Below, piece after piece: positions 47,179-56,744 of a DNA stretch of 64,000 nt; position 1 is the first letter of the stretch, and each line of letters begins with the position of its first letter. Where the stretch lies: positions 7,009 through 71,008 of the forward strand of contig JAQUOV010000005.1 in NCBI GenBank assembly GCA_028716965.1. Reading direction: 5' to 3'. Source of the DNA: Candidatus Omnitrophota bacterium (GTDB lineage: Bacteria > Omnitrophota > Gorgyraeia > Gygaellales > Profunditerraquicolaceae). The notes below the pieces were generated by a model, which worked only from the letters and a program-made list of their open reading frames with translations, searched no databases and had not been told where the DNA came from. A program made the translations under genes and the position numbers.

Positions 47179-47658
47179 TTATTGGGCAAAATTACCTTTA
47201 TGAAAAACCCTCCTGATTACAAAGAGCACTGCCAAATAACAGACCAGCCCCAAAAATAACCCCATCACCAAATACCCGATAATAACCGGCAAGGCTACAT
47301 CTAAAAAAGAAAGCTTAAAGAAGCCTCCCCAGTGGAAATTATGGATTAAGCCTTGCGCCTTCCGGGATACCTCCTGCCAGTGCCTGTTAAGCAGGAGAGA
47401 ACCGATCTTTACTGCTAAAATAAAAGTTAATAGGCTTAACCATGTATTAGTAAGTATGCTTCCGAATAAAGCAGCTGCCCGGTTAGCCCGGAAAACAAAA
47501 GCCAGGAATAACGCTGCAGCCGGGCCCGTCCCGGGGATAAGCCCGGAGAATACGCCTAAACCCACGCCCAAAGCAATCTTTTGCGCGGAGTCATTAATCT
47601 TAAACAGCTTGGCAAAAATGAAACTGATAATCTTCTTAAATAATGATTCTTTGGGCAT
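47179..47658 (-). CDS. DUF2062-family membrane protein
   Basis: 159 aa. Pattern ALGVGLGVFSGLIPGTGPAAALFLAFVF. Confidence 0.6.
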   Translation of the reverse strand: MPKESLFKKIISFIFAKLFKINDSAQKIALGVGLGVFSGLIPGTGPAAALFLAFVFRANRAAALFGSILTNTWLSLLTFILAVKIGSLLLNRHWQEVSRKAQGLIHNFHWGGFFKLSFLDVALPVIIGYLVMGLFLGLVCYLAVLFVIRRVFHKGNFAQ

Positions 47659-47660
47659 AT

Positions 47661-48620
47661 TTAAGCAGGTTTAATATTTACTCCGGCGAAACGCTCTGAG
47701 CCGTATGACTCCTGGATCCAGCCGTTGAGTAGATTGTATTTTTCCAATATCCCCTTAGCTTCTTCATACTCGCTGTTTTTCAGGCGACGGCTTATTTCAG
47801 GGTAGGCGGAAGCTTTATAATAAGGCAGGTACTGGCTCATTAAGCTGACGCAGGTGTCCTCGGAGATATCCCTGGCAATGAACCGCATGATCTTATCCGT
47901 GCCTGAAGTCTGGTTTGGCAATACCAGGTGCCTTATGATCAAGCCCTTTTTGATCAACCCCTCTCTATCAAACTCTGCCAGGCCAACCTGCCGGTACATC
48001 TCTTTTACTGCCTCCTGATTGCATTGCGCATAATCAGGGGCTGATGAAAGGCGCCTGGCAATTTCGCTATCTGCATAACGCATATCCACAAGGTAAACAT
48101 CAACTATTCCAGTAAGCAGCCTTATTATTTCAACTGATTCATAGCCGCTGGTATTATAAACCAAGGGTATCTTTAACCCTCCCGCAATAGCTATCTCCAA
48201 AGCCTTAAGTATCTGCGGTAAAACATGAGTGGGCGTAACCAGGTTAATATTATGGCAGCCTGATCCCTGCAGGGACAACATTACCTGCGCCAATTCTTCT
48301 AATCTATATTCCCTGCCTTTGCCTAACTGGCTGAATTCATAGTTCTGGCAATATACGCAACTCATGTTGCAATGGCTGAAAAATACCGTACCACTGCCTT
48401 TTGTACCCGAAACAGGCGGCTCTTCTCCGTGGTGGCACATAAAACTATAAACTTTGGGCAGCACAGCGGTTTTGCAGAACCCTGTTTCCCCCTCCAGGCG
48501 GTTAACCTTGCAGCCTCGGGGGCAGATACTGCATGATTTAAGGCCGTTAAAAAGCCGGTCAGCGGCTATCTTCAGCTTGCCGCTTCTGCTTGATTTAATA
48601 TATGAAGGGTAATTTGGCAT
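47661..48620 (-). CDS. Radical SAM enzyme (PflA/AmmeMemoRadiSam-type)
   Basis: N-terminal CSICPRGCKVNRLEGETGFC. Radical SAM CX3CX2C (CNMSCVYCQN). Confidence 0.75.
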   Translation of the reverse strand: MPNYPSYIKSSRSGKLKIAADRLFNGLKSCSICPRGCKVNRLEGETGFCKTAVLPKVYSFMCHHGEEPPVSGTKGSGTVFFSHCNMSCVYCQNYEFSQLGKGREYRLEELAQVMLSLQGSGCHNINLVTPTHVLPQILKALEIAIAGGLKIPLVYNTSGYESVEIIRLLTGIVDVYLVDMRYADSEIARRLSSAPDYAQCNQEAVKEMYRQVGLAEFDREGLIKKGLIIRHLVLPNQTSGTDKIMRFIARDISEDTCVSLMSQYLPYYKASAYPEISRRLKNSEYEEAKGILEKYNLLNGWIQESYGSERFAGVNIKPA

Positions 48621-48624
48621 CTGC

Positions 48625-49389
48625 TTAATGGTTTAAGGCAGAAATCTCTTTCTTGGCCTGTTTAATACGCTCATCTATGGGAGGGTGCGAACTTAAAAAA
48701 ACCAGGCTTAAACTTGTATTCTTACCCTGCTCTTTAAGTTTTTGAAAGAAAGTTACCATGCCATAGGCATCAAATCCGGCCGCATTAGCATATTTTACTC
48801 CCAGCCTATCCGCAAGATACTCGTCTTTACGGCTATACCCCAGGGCCACCACATTAAAAACCACATCCACCGCCTGCAATACATTTTTCTGACCGCTAAG
48901 GCCTAAAGCAATGGAGCTAAGCAATTGATACCCCAATGCAGCCTGCAGGCGTTTTACGCTATGGCGCGCAGCGATGTGGCCTACCTCATGGCCGACTACA
49001 GCAGCTAACTCATCATCGCTTGAAGCCTCCATCAAGCCGCTATTTACATAAACATTGCCTCCGGGTATAGCAAAAGCATTGAACTCTTTTTCTTTAACGA
49101 TATTAAAATGGTAATCTATATCCTGCCGGTCGGAAACCGCGGCTATTCTTTTAGCGATTTTTTCCAGGCGTTCCCGCATCTTGGGGTCATCAACCATTTT
49201 CATCTGGCTGCTGATCTCCTTAGCCATATCCAAACCCAGGCTGACCTCGGTTTTTGTATCAATAAAGATAGTCTCTCTCTGGCCGGTGGCAGGATTATAA
49301 ATTGTAGTACAGCCGCTCAAAATGGACAAACCGCACAAAAGAATAATCCTGCCGATGCCCTTATATCCAAAAATATTTTTATGGGACAT
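48625..49389 (-). CDS. M48-family zinc metalloprotease lipoprotein
   Basis: Lipobox LSGC. HEXXH (HEVGHIAARH). Start chosen at MSHKNIF (ATG at 49389). Confidence 0.75.
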   Translation of the reverse strand: MSHKNIFGYKGIGRIILLCGLSILSGCTTIYNPATGQRETIFIDTKTEVSLGLDMAKEISSQMKMVDDPKMRERLEKIAKRIAAVSDRQDIDYHFNIVKEKEFNAFAIPGGNVYVNSGLMEASSDDELAAVVGHEVGHIAARHSVKRLQAALGYQLLSSIALGLSGQKNVLQAVDVVFNVVALGYSRKDEYLADRLGVKYANAAGFDAYGMVTFFQKLKEQGKNTSLSLVFLSSHPPIDERIKQAKKEISALNH

Positions 49390-49900
49390 AAAGCTTCCTG
49401 ATTTTATTAAAGATGTTGATATACTCCTGGCTGCGATAATCCGGATACGTCCAATCATTATGGGCAAAAGAAAGGTTCCGGTAACTTAGCGTTATCTCCG
49501 CGAAGATACCTTTACGTAAATATATCCTGTGCGCGTAATCTTTGGTAGAGGCAAGTACCAGCTTGGCTGAATCCAGATAGCCGGGGTCAATATTCACCTG
49601 GCGCAACCCGGAATTTGAACATCTTGCTTCAACTCTGTTAGTATAAAGCTTGATACGGTATAAATCCTGGATGGGGATTAGTTTCCTGAAGCTGATAAAC
49701 CTTCTTTTTAAACCGGCCCCCATCTCTTTTTCGTAATAAGCCGTACAGTCAAAATCAAGGGGGTCTGACTGAAAATCAATCCTGCCGAATTTCCTTTTTA
49801 GCTTATCCCTGGATCTAATAAAAATAGCCTCATCTCTATAGATGAAGCCTATAACAAGTTTGGCCTGCTGATTATGTTTTCTGACTTTTCCCAAAGCCAA
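49379..49900 (-). CDS. Hypothetical protein (DUF4416-like)
   Basis: 173 aa. Pattern VIGFIYRDE...FDCTAYYEKEMGAGLKRRFISF. Confidence 0.35.
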   Translation of the reverse strand: MALGKVRKHNQQAKLVIGFIYRDEAIFIRSRDKLKRKFGRIDFQSDPLDFDCTAYYEKEMGAGLKRRFISFRKLIPIQDLYRIKLYTNRVEARCSNSGLRQVNIDPGYLDSAKLVLASTKDYAHRIYLRKGIFAEITLSYRNLSFAHNDWTYPDYRSQEYINIFNKIRKLYVP

Positions 49901-49907
49901 ATGGCGT

Positions 49908-50255
49908 TTAATGCAAAAACTGGCTTATATACGCGGTAATCTTTTTACGCTGTTCATCGCGTATCTGATTAAAGAATATGGCGATGTTGAATCCGCCGCT
50001 GGTCTCATCTTCGCTTCTTACAACTACACCCTTGCATTCAACAATAGTATCCCTGTCTGCCTGGCCCTTATGCGGCAGGCTCATTTTTACGGAAATCTTG
50101 GTAAAAGGAGGTATATACTTATCCAGGTGGCAATAAGCCCCTACGCAGCTTATATTATGGGTGGTTGTAGAGAAATCATATCCGTTGACGGCGACATTAA
50201 ACGGAAGCTTATGCTCTAATCGTGGATGTATTCTGCGTTCTTTAACGGTCTTCAT
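49908..50255 (-). CDS. PilZ-domain protein
   Basis: RRIHPR plus NISCVGAYC motifs. Confidence 0.65.
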   Translation of the reverse strand: MKTVKERRIHPRLEHKLPFNVAVNGYDFSTTTHNISCVGAYCHLDKYIPPFTKISVKMSLPHKGQADRDTIVECKGVVVRSEDETSGGFNIAIFFNQIRDEQRKKITAYISQFLH

Positions 50256-50452
50256 TATTTCTTGCCTTCTGCGGATTCCGCCTTGGTCTTAGCGACAAAG
50301 ACGCGCCAGCATTTCTTGCTACAGTAAAATTTACCATTACGGTAATACCTCTTCAGCTTCTTAATCAATTTATTACAAGCCAGGCAGTTAGTTTGCCTCT
50401 CCACCTTTGGCTTTGTTTCCGCTTGTGATTCCTTAACTGCATCAGGCACCAT
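50255..50452 (-). CDS. Small basic protein with C4 zinc-ribbon
   Basis: 65 aa. CLACN...YCSKKC. Sandwiched between two PilZ genes. Confidence 0.4.
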   Translation of the reverse strand: MVPDAVKESQAETKPKVERQTNCLACNKLIKKLKRYYRNGKFYCSKKCWRVFVAKTKAESAEGKK

Positions 50453-50474
50453 TTATAATATTCCTTTCATTAAG

Positions 50475-50825
50475 TTAAATTTTCCCCAGCTGCATGTTCA
50501 CAAAATCCATGAGATAATTTCTTTCCGGTAAATCAAACTCCGTGAACTCTACCCCTGTCTGGTTACGGTCGGAATGCGCCAAAGTCGTTGACCAGGCTAT
50601 CCTGCCAATAGGCTTTAGCACCCGGTTTAAAACATTGATTTCAAGCATCACCGGGGTGGAAACAGGTATAAACTTTTCACTGGTGAACTTTAAACCCCCG
50701 TAGCTGATATCGCTGCTGAGGACATTTTCAAAATCCGGCTTGCCGCTAAGTTGACAATGTACTTGTGAATGAAAATCTACCCGTGGGAAACGACGATTTT
50801 CTTTTATTTTTTCTAAGATTGCCAT
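50475..50825 (-). CDS. PilZ-domain protein
   Basis: RRFPRVDF plus DISYGGLKF motifs. Confidence 0.65.
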   Translation of the reverse strand: MAILEKIKENRRFPRVDFHSQVHCQLSGKPDFENVLSSDISYGGLKFTSEKFIPVSTPVMLEINVLNRVLKPIGRIAWSTTLAHSDRNQTGVEFTEFDLPERNYLMDFVNMQLGKI

Positions 50826-50956
50826 TAGTGCCTTTTGTCTTTGAGGCAGCCGTGGCTTTTCTTCTTACCTCTGAATAAAAAATATAACATATATTCATAA
50901 ATATGTCAATACTTTACAAACCTTACATTCCTGATATAATAACCGGGAGGTGAGAA

Positions 50957-51799
50957 ATGTACTGCCAATTTTACGGGTTAAAGGAAAGACCTTTTAATGT
51001 TACCAGCGACCCGGCCTTTTTTTTCTCAAGCAAGAAACACAAAGAGGCCATCTCCCACCTGCTCTACGGAGTTTCCCAGAGAAAGGGGATTATCGTTCTG
51101 ACAGGCGAAATAGGCACTGGTAAGACAACTATCTGCCGCTTCTTCTTGAACCATATAGGCAAAAACGTAAAAACAGCCTTTATCTTAAACCCCGCTTTCT
51201 CCGAAACCCAGCTCCTGGAATCAATCATTAAAGATTTCGGGATTGCCCCCCAGAACAAGACTAAGTTAGATATGGTTTGGGAGTTAAATAATTTCCTGCT
51301 GCGGGAGTCGGATGCGGGGAACAACCTGGTGCTCATTATTGATGAAGCGCAGAGCCTAAAACCCAGCCTGCTTGAGCAGATCCGGCTGCTTTCAAATTTA
51401 GAAACAGAAAAAGATAAATTGCTGCAGGTAATTCTGGTGGGACAGCCGGAATTGAACAACCGGATTAATTTATATGATTTAAGGCAGTTGCGGCAAAGGA
51501 TCATGGTCCGCTACCATATTGGGCCGCTTGATGGCGATGAAATAAAACCCTATATAAACCACAGGCTGGAGGTAGCCGGGGATGGTCCATCTGGAGATAA
51601 AAAAAACCACAGGATTAAATTCAGCGATGAAGCCATAGATGAAATAGGCCGCTTCTCCGCAGGTACACCCAGATTGATCAATATGATCTGTGACCGCGCA
51701 CTACTGGCCGGCTTTGTCTCCGAGACCAACCATATAGATCTTAACATCATAAAGAGATGCCTCGAAGAGTTAGACAGTTATTCTGTTAGAGCAGGGTAA
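50957..51799 (+). CDS. ExeA/GspA-like AAA+ ATPase
   Basis: YGLKERPFNVTSDPAFFF N-terminus. Walker A GEIGTGKTT. Walker B LIIDEAQ. Confidence 0.8.
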   Translation: MYCQFYGLKERPFNVTSDPAFFFSSKKHKEAISHLLYGVSQRKGIIVLTGEIGTGKTTICRFFLNHIGKNVKTAFILNPAFSETQLLESIIKDFGIAPQNKTKLDMVWELNNFLLRESDAGNNLVLIIDEAQSLKPSLLEQIRLLSNLETEKDKLLQVILVGQPELNNRINLYDLRQLRQRIMVRYHIGPLDGDEIKPYINHRLEVAGDGPSGDKKNHRIKFSDEAIDEIGRFSAGTPRLINMICDRALLAGFVSETNHIDLNIIKRCLEELDSYSVRAG

Positions 51800-51802
51800 T
51801 TT

Positions 51803-52282
51803 ATGAGTATAATTAATGATGCGCTGAAGAAAACCGAAGAATCCATCCAAAGAAACTTGCTAAAAGAAATACCCGTGCCGGGGAAAAAACCAAAGCTTAA
51901 AACCTGCCTTATTTATATTGCAATATTTGTTGTCGGCATATTTCTAAGCAGCCTTCTATTCAAAATTATTAACCGCAAGATCTCCTCATTCCGATTATCC
52001 CCTCTTCACAAAACAGCTGCCGCCCCTGAGGTAAAATCAGAAACCGAACAGGCGCTTCCATCTGCTACGCCAATCATATTGCCTCAAGAACAAGAAAAAC
52101 CAAAAAAAAGCTTTGTCTTAAACGGGATATTCTTCTCAGATAACAGCGGGTATGCCTTGGTGAATAATCAGATTATAAAGGAAAATGATTTAATTGACGG
52201 GGCAAAAGTAGAGAAAATCACTGCCAATACCGTAGAGATAAACAACGAAGGAGAAATTATTACCCTTTCCACCAGCAGGTAG
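51803..52282 (+). CDS. GspB-like bitopic protein (partner of ExeA-like ATPase)
   Basis: One TM. C-terminal LNGIFFSD...ALVNNQIIKENDLIDGAKVEKITANTVEI resembles the GspB C-terminal domain. Confidence 0.5.
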   Translation: MSIINDALKKTEESIQRNLLKEIPVPGKKPKLKTCLIYIAIFVVGIFLSSLLFKIINRKISSFRLSPLHKTAAAPEVKSETEQALPSATPIILPQEQEKPKKSFVLNGIFFSDNSGYALVNNQIIKENDLIDGAKVEKITANTVEINNEGEIITLSTSR

Positions 52283-52284
52283 GC

Positions 52285-53370
52285 TTAAGATATCTTCTTA
52301 ACCGCCTCTTTTATAAGATCCAAGGCGATGTTACTTACAACTACGGGCCGGGCAATCCCACGGATCAAAACCAGCTTGTTCTGCCTGCCGGTAAATTTCT
52401 TATCATGATAATAAGCATCTATGATCCTGTTTACGGATACATTTTTAAGTTTTACAGGTAAGCCATAAAGCTTGATTAAACTCCCGATACGCAGGAATAA
52501 TCTGTCATTGATAAACCCCATCCTGCGGCTTAAATACGAAGCTGCGATTATCCCCAGGCTTACCGCCTCTCCATGATTGTAACCTTTATATCCGCAGGCA
52601 GACTCAACTGCATGGCCAACGGTATGGCCAAAGTTTAAGATCGTCCTTAAGCCTGAAGACTCTTTTTCATCGCGGCTGACTATTGCAGCCTTGATCCTGC
52701 TGCAGGATCTGATTATCTTCCCTAATGCTTCGGGGTTAGCATTAACTATATCCTTATGCCTCTTTTCCAAATAACAAAACAAACTATTATCACTGATGAT
52801 AGCGTACTTAATTATCTCCGCCATCCCTGAAGCGATTTGACGCTTATCCAGGGTTTTTAGAAAATCAATCTCGCTGAATACAAGCCTTGGCTGGTAAAAT
52901 GCCCCCACCAGATTCTTGCCTAAATCCAGGTCAAGCGCCGTCTTGCCTCCGATAGATGAATCTACTTGCGCCAATAAACTCGTAGGCACCTGCACATAAG
53001 CAACCCCCCGTTTATATACCGAAGCGACAAAACCTGCCAGGTCACCCACTACTCCGCCGCCAAAAGCAACAATAAAGATTTTTCTTTTCTTATCAAACCC
53101 GGCCAGGTCCTTAATTACACGCGCTGCAGTTGCCAATGACTTACTTTTTTCGCTGTCCGGGACAACCTTGAAACGGAAGCAGAAGCCCCCCTTAAGCAAA
53201 GCGCCGGACAAGACTGCACCGTACCTATCTTTTAATAACGAATTAGTAATGATATAAGCATGCGAGCCGATATTTAATTTGCGTAAATACGAAGGCATGC
53301 TTTTAAGGATGGATCTGCCGATGATTATATCGTAAGATCTGCTTCCTAGATTGACTTTAACTTTATGCAT
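52285..53370 (-). CDS. aroB: 3-dehydroquinate synthase
   Basis: GGGVVGDLAGFVA...VQVPTSLLAQVDSSIGGKTALD motifs. ATG at 53370. Confidence 0.85.
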   Translation of the reverse strand: MHKVKVNLGSRSYDIIIGRSILKSMPSYLRKLNIGSHAYIITNSLLKDRYGAVLSGALLKGGFCFRFKVVPDSEKSKSLATAARVIKDLAGFDKKRKIFIVAFGGGVVGDLAGFVASVYKRGVAYVQVPTSLLAQVDSSIGGKTALDLDLGKNLVGAFYQPRLVFSEIDFLKTLDKRQIASGMAEIIKYAIISDNSLFCYLEKRHKDIVNANPEALGKIIRSCSRIKAAIVSRDEKESSGLRTILNFGHTVGHAVESACGYKGYNHGEAVSLGIIAASYLSRRMGFINDRLFLRIGSLIKLYGLPVKLKNVSVNRIIDAYYHDKKFTGRQNKLVLIRGIARPVVVSNIALDLIKEAVKKIS

Positions 53371-53372
53371 TT

Positions 53373-54002
53373 TTAATACCCTGCTCCCATAAACCTGATT
53401 ACTAAGGCCACCAGCGGCCAAAGCAGGCGGTCAAATACCCCAAGCCAGATAAGCGCAAAAAGGATAATAAAGCCGTAACGCTCAAGTCCGGCATACAGCT
53501 GCAATAACCCCTCAGGCAGCAAGCCCATTAAGACCCGTGAACCGTCTAACGGCGGGATAGGGATTAAGTTGAATAGAGCCAAAACAACATTAATCAAAAG
53601 CAAATTTGAAAGCAAGTAAGCCGGGATCCCCGACAGGGGGATAAATCTTATAACCTGGGCGACAATAAAAGCCAGGATAAGGTTTGCCAGTGGTCCGCTT
53701 AGACCGATCCAGATTATATCCCTTTTAGGGTTTTTCAATGCCCTGTAATCTATAGGCACGGGCTTGGCAGCACCGAAAACAAAATGACCGGAGCTGGACA
53801 AAAAAAGCACAAGCGGCAACAGGATCGTCCAGAAAGGGTCGATGTGAGCAAGCGGATTCAAGGTCAGCCGTCCGGAAAACTTTGCCGTGGAATCACCTAA
53901 CTTATAAGCAGTCAGGCCATGCGCAAATTCATGCACAGTCATGGCAACCAATAAAATGGCAAAGGAAATGGCAAAGGAAATGGTTAATTGCGGAAGGCTC
54001 AA
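53373..54002 (-). CDS. Site-2 protease-family (M50) membrane metalloprotease
   Basis: HEFAHGLTAY (HExxH) inside a TM helix. Multi-TM. Confidence 0.75.
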   Translation of the reverse strand: MSLPQLTISFAISFAILLVAMTVHEFAHGLTAYKLGDSTAKFSGRLTLNPLAHIDPFWTILLPLVLFLSSSGHFVFGAAKPVPIDYRALKNPKRDIIWIGLSGPLANLILAFIVAQVIRFIPLSGIPAYLLSNLLLINVVLALFNLIPIPPLDGSRVLMGLLPEGLLQLYAGLERYGFIILFALIWLGVFDRLLWPLVALVIRFMGAGY

Positions 54003-54925
54003 TTCAATACCTCGATGACAGCTACCTCAATAATCGGATACCTCTTGTTTTCCGGATTGATTATTTTACCGGTAACTTTTACCTTATGGTAATTAAGGCT
54101 GTCTAGGGCCTTGCGATTACCTTTTAATAAATATACACCTTTCTCACCGGTAACTAACTTATGGGTTGCTTTACGCCATAGCACCACTCCGTACGGGCTG
54201 ATTGTTCCTTCGACAACCAGCTGCTGCCGAGCAGACGGCTGGGAACCCCCAGGATGGGTCCCGCTTTCCAAAACCTCTGGCTGCAGGGACATATCATCTT
54301 TTTCTCCAGTTTTAACAACAGATATATCTTTATTGACAAGTTTTTTATGTACCCATCCATAACTCTGATGAACTGGTTCAATCTTATACCAACTGCCTTC
54401 CTCTTGAATAATATTGACCACCGTTGAATTATCAGCCCCGCCAATAATAGGGGATGATTCACTCGGGCCAAGCCGGATATTTACCCTGTTTCCCGTGACC
54501 TTGCCATTAGAACATTTTGCCGCAGTATTACCGATACATTCAACCAGGTCTTGTTTTATATAGGAAGGCGCTGATTTGGGGAGGCGGATCTTATACCAGT
54601 CATAAAGCTCAGAGGCTACTTCCACCAACTGCCCTTTGGCAAGAGTACAAACAACTGCTGAACCTACAGTGGAATCAACGCGTACATTTATATTATCGGC
54701 GCTGATCTGGCCTGTAAATGCGCTAAACTCATCCGCAAATACAACTCCCGAAAGAAGAAAAACCGATAGGAAAATTGAACTTGCCATGGCTAAAACTGAC
54801 GGCATGCTTCTATTATCTGTCTTCGGGGCAAAACTCTTACTGCGCTCACCCGTATCCCAGATGATGCGATCTCGCAGCTTAAAAACAAATAGCCTTATTT
54901 TACGCCTAAGATGATTCAGTTGCAT
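53999..54925 (-). CDS. Secreted protein with tandem bacterial SH3 (SH3b) domains
   Basis: Signal/TM. NINVRVDSTVGSAVVCTLAKGQLVEV...WYKI and VNIRLGPS...GSWYKI repeats. Confidence 0.5.
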   Translation of the reverse strand: MQLNHLRRKIRLFVFKLRDRIIWDTGERSKSFAPKTDNRSMPSVLAMASSIFLSVFLLSGVVFADEFSAFTGQISADNINVRVDSTVGSAVVCTLAKGQLVEVASELYDWYKIRLPKSAPSYIKQDLVECIGNTAAKCSNGKVTGNRVNIRLGPSESSPIIGGADNSTVVNIIQEEGSWYKIEPVHQSYGWVHKKLVNKDISVVKTGEKDDMSLQPEVLESGTHPGGSQPSARQQLVVEGTISPYGVVLWRKATHKLVTGEKGVYLLKGNRKALDSLNYHKVKVTGKIINPENKRYPIIEVAVIEVLN

Positions 54926-54931
54926 TTAATT

Positions 54932-55210
54932 TTATTTTTTATCCTGTGCCTTAGGAGCAGCCTTGGCTGCATCCTTTGCCGGAACAGCAGCTGCCGGGGC
55001 TGCACCTTCAGCTGCGGTGGTTTCAGCCTTAGCTGTTTTTTCTTTCTTGATCCTGATCCTTAAGGTTTTAATCTTGGGTAATCCGTAAACCGGATCCCCT
55101 TCTTTCCATTTGCCCTTTTCCTGCATATGCCTGATGCGTTCTGTACGCTTCAACACCGAACGCGACATCTTGTCTTTTTCCGAAATAACTAATGACGGAT
55201 GTATTGACAT
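54932..55210 (-). CDS. Small basic hypothetical protein
   Basis: 92 aa, K/R/A-rich. Confidence 0.35.
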   Translation of the reverse strand: MSIHPSLVISEKDKMSRSVLKRTERIRHMQEKGKWKEGDPVYGLPKIKTLRIRIKKEKTAKAETTAAEGAAPAAAVPAKDAAKAAPKAQDKK

Positions 55211-55214
55211 GGTT

Positions 55215-55661
55215 TTATAACCTCCTTATGCGGCAACCAGCGTAGGTTCTCTGCAATTGGATCAGCAAAGGTTGCGCGCTATCTTGGTTAGAAAATTTGC
55301 CTACGCACAAAATAATATAATTACCTTTCGCAAAAACTAATGGTGCCAGCCCCTGGCTTGTCAACCACTGGGCCTGGCGCAAAGCAAGGTTCCTGTCTTT
55401 AAAAGCCGCTACCTGTATAGTGTAGCAGCTTGCCGGCCCGATACTCTTACTTGCGGCTAAAGCGGTTCTCTTCCCTTTTTCTACGCCCAAAGAAAAAGAA
55501 ATTATACTTAGTAAAACCAAACCCATGATTAAAAGCAGTATTTTCTCATAACCCCGGATACGCGTAAGAAACGGATTGGCTGGAATGCGCGGCTTATATT
55601 GGCCGCTGCCCAAAGATTGCGTAAAAAGTTCGCTTTGAGAATAATCCTGTTTTTCTGTCAT
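55215..55661 (-). CDS. SPOR-domain (septal peptidoglycan-binding) protein
   Basis: TM plus C-terminal YTIQVAAFKDRNLALRQAQWL...VGKFSNQDSA SPOR pattern. Confidence 0.65.
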   Translation of the reverse strand: MTEKQDYSQSELFTQSLGSGQYKPRIPANPFLTRIRGYEKILLLIMGLVLLSIISFSLGVEKGKRTALAASKSIGPASCYTIQVAAFKDRNLALRQAQWLTSQGLAPLVFAKGNYIILCVGKFSNQDSAQPLLIQLQRTYAGCRIRRL

Positions 55662-55676
55662 AGCACAAAGTTTAAA

Positions 55677-56744
55677 TTAAGGTTTTCCCTGTTTCAGGTA
55701 AATCCTTTTGTTGAATTTCTTAATTACCCTCAAGAAAGCCTCCACTATCTTAGGGTCAAATTGCGTACCGCTCTTTTTCTTTATTTCCCTGATAGCGGCA
55801 TCGATCTCCATCCTCTGGCGGTATGGCCGGCCGTAAACCATCGCCTCAAAAGCATCCGCCACAGACATGATCCTGGCGCACAATGGGATCTGCCCGCCTT
55901 TCAGATGCGATGGATAACCTGTACCGTTATATTTCTCATGGTGATGCATGATAATGGGAATAACCGGACGCAATACCTGCAAAGGCCTCAATATCTGCGC
56001 CCCTTTTACCGGATGCTTCTTTATAATATCGTATTCCTCGGAGGTAAGCTTAGTGGCTTTAGTTAAAATCTCCGCCGGGATATCAATTTTACCGGTATCA
56101 TGCAGAAGGCTGGCGTATTTAAGGCTTTCAATCTGTTTTTCGCCCAGGTGCAGTTCATAACCCAAAGCACAAACTAATTTACTAAAATGCGGCGAGTGCG
56201 TATATTCCTGCGGCACGCGTGTATTTAAGAGAGTAACTAATGACTTGATACTGCCAAATACTATTTTCTGCTGTTCTTCATAAAGCTGCAAATTCTTGAT
56301 CCCGATCACCGCCTGCTCCGCCATATTCATAAGCATTTCCTGATCAAATTTATCAAATGGCTGATGGACCTTTATGCGTTTTACAATTATAAAACCCAGC
56401 ACATCCTCGCATATAAGCGGCACGCCAAGCAAGGCGCCCTTTCTGACCGCAGATGAACTTTTGATAATCTTTCTTTCGATTCTTCCGCTAATCCTTACTT
56501 TTCTATCAACAATCAGCTTGGTATGGTCCTTGATTAAACATTTGGTACTGGAGTATTTCTTGCCGGGATCCAGCAAAACAACCAGGCAATACTGGGCATT
56601 AAAAAATTGGCAAAATAACCTGCCCATGCGGCTTACCAGTTCCTTAAGCTCATAGGTAGAGTTAAGTAAACGGTAAATACTATGCACCGCCGATACTAAA
56701 AACCTATACTTTTTCGTAGGGGTTGAATAGTTTTTTATATTCAT
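55677..56744 (-). CDS. GAF-domain / HD-GYP phosphodiesterase
   Basis: HD (LLHDTGKI) and HHHEKYNGTGYP motifs. Confidence 0.8.
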   Translation of the reverse strand: MNIKNYSTPTKKYRFLVSAVHSIYRLLNSTYELKELVSRMGRLFCQFFNAQYCLVVLLDPGKKYSSTKCLIKDHTKLIVDRKVRISGRIERKIIKSSSAVRKGALLGVPLICEDVLGFIIVKRIKVHQPFDKFDQEMLMNMAEQAVIGIKNLQLYEEQQKIVFGSIKSLVTLLNTRVPQEYTHSPHFSKLVCALGYELHLGEKQIESLKYASLLHDTGKIDIPAEILTKATKLTSEEYDIIKKHPVKGAQILRPLQVLRPVIPIIMHHHEKYNGTGYPSHLKGGQIPLCARIMSVADAFEAMVYGRPYRQRMEIDAAIREIKKKSGTQFDPKIVEAFLRVIKKFNKRIYLKQGKP

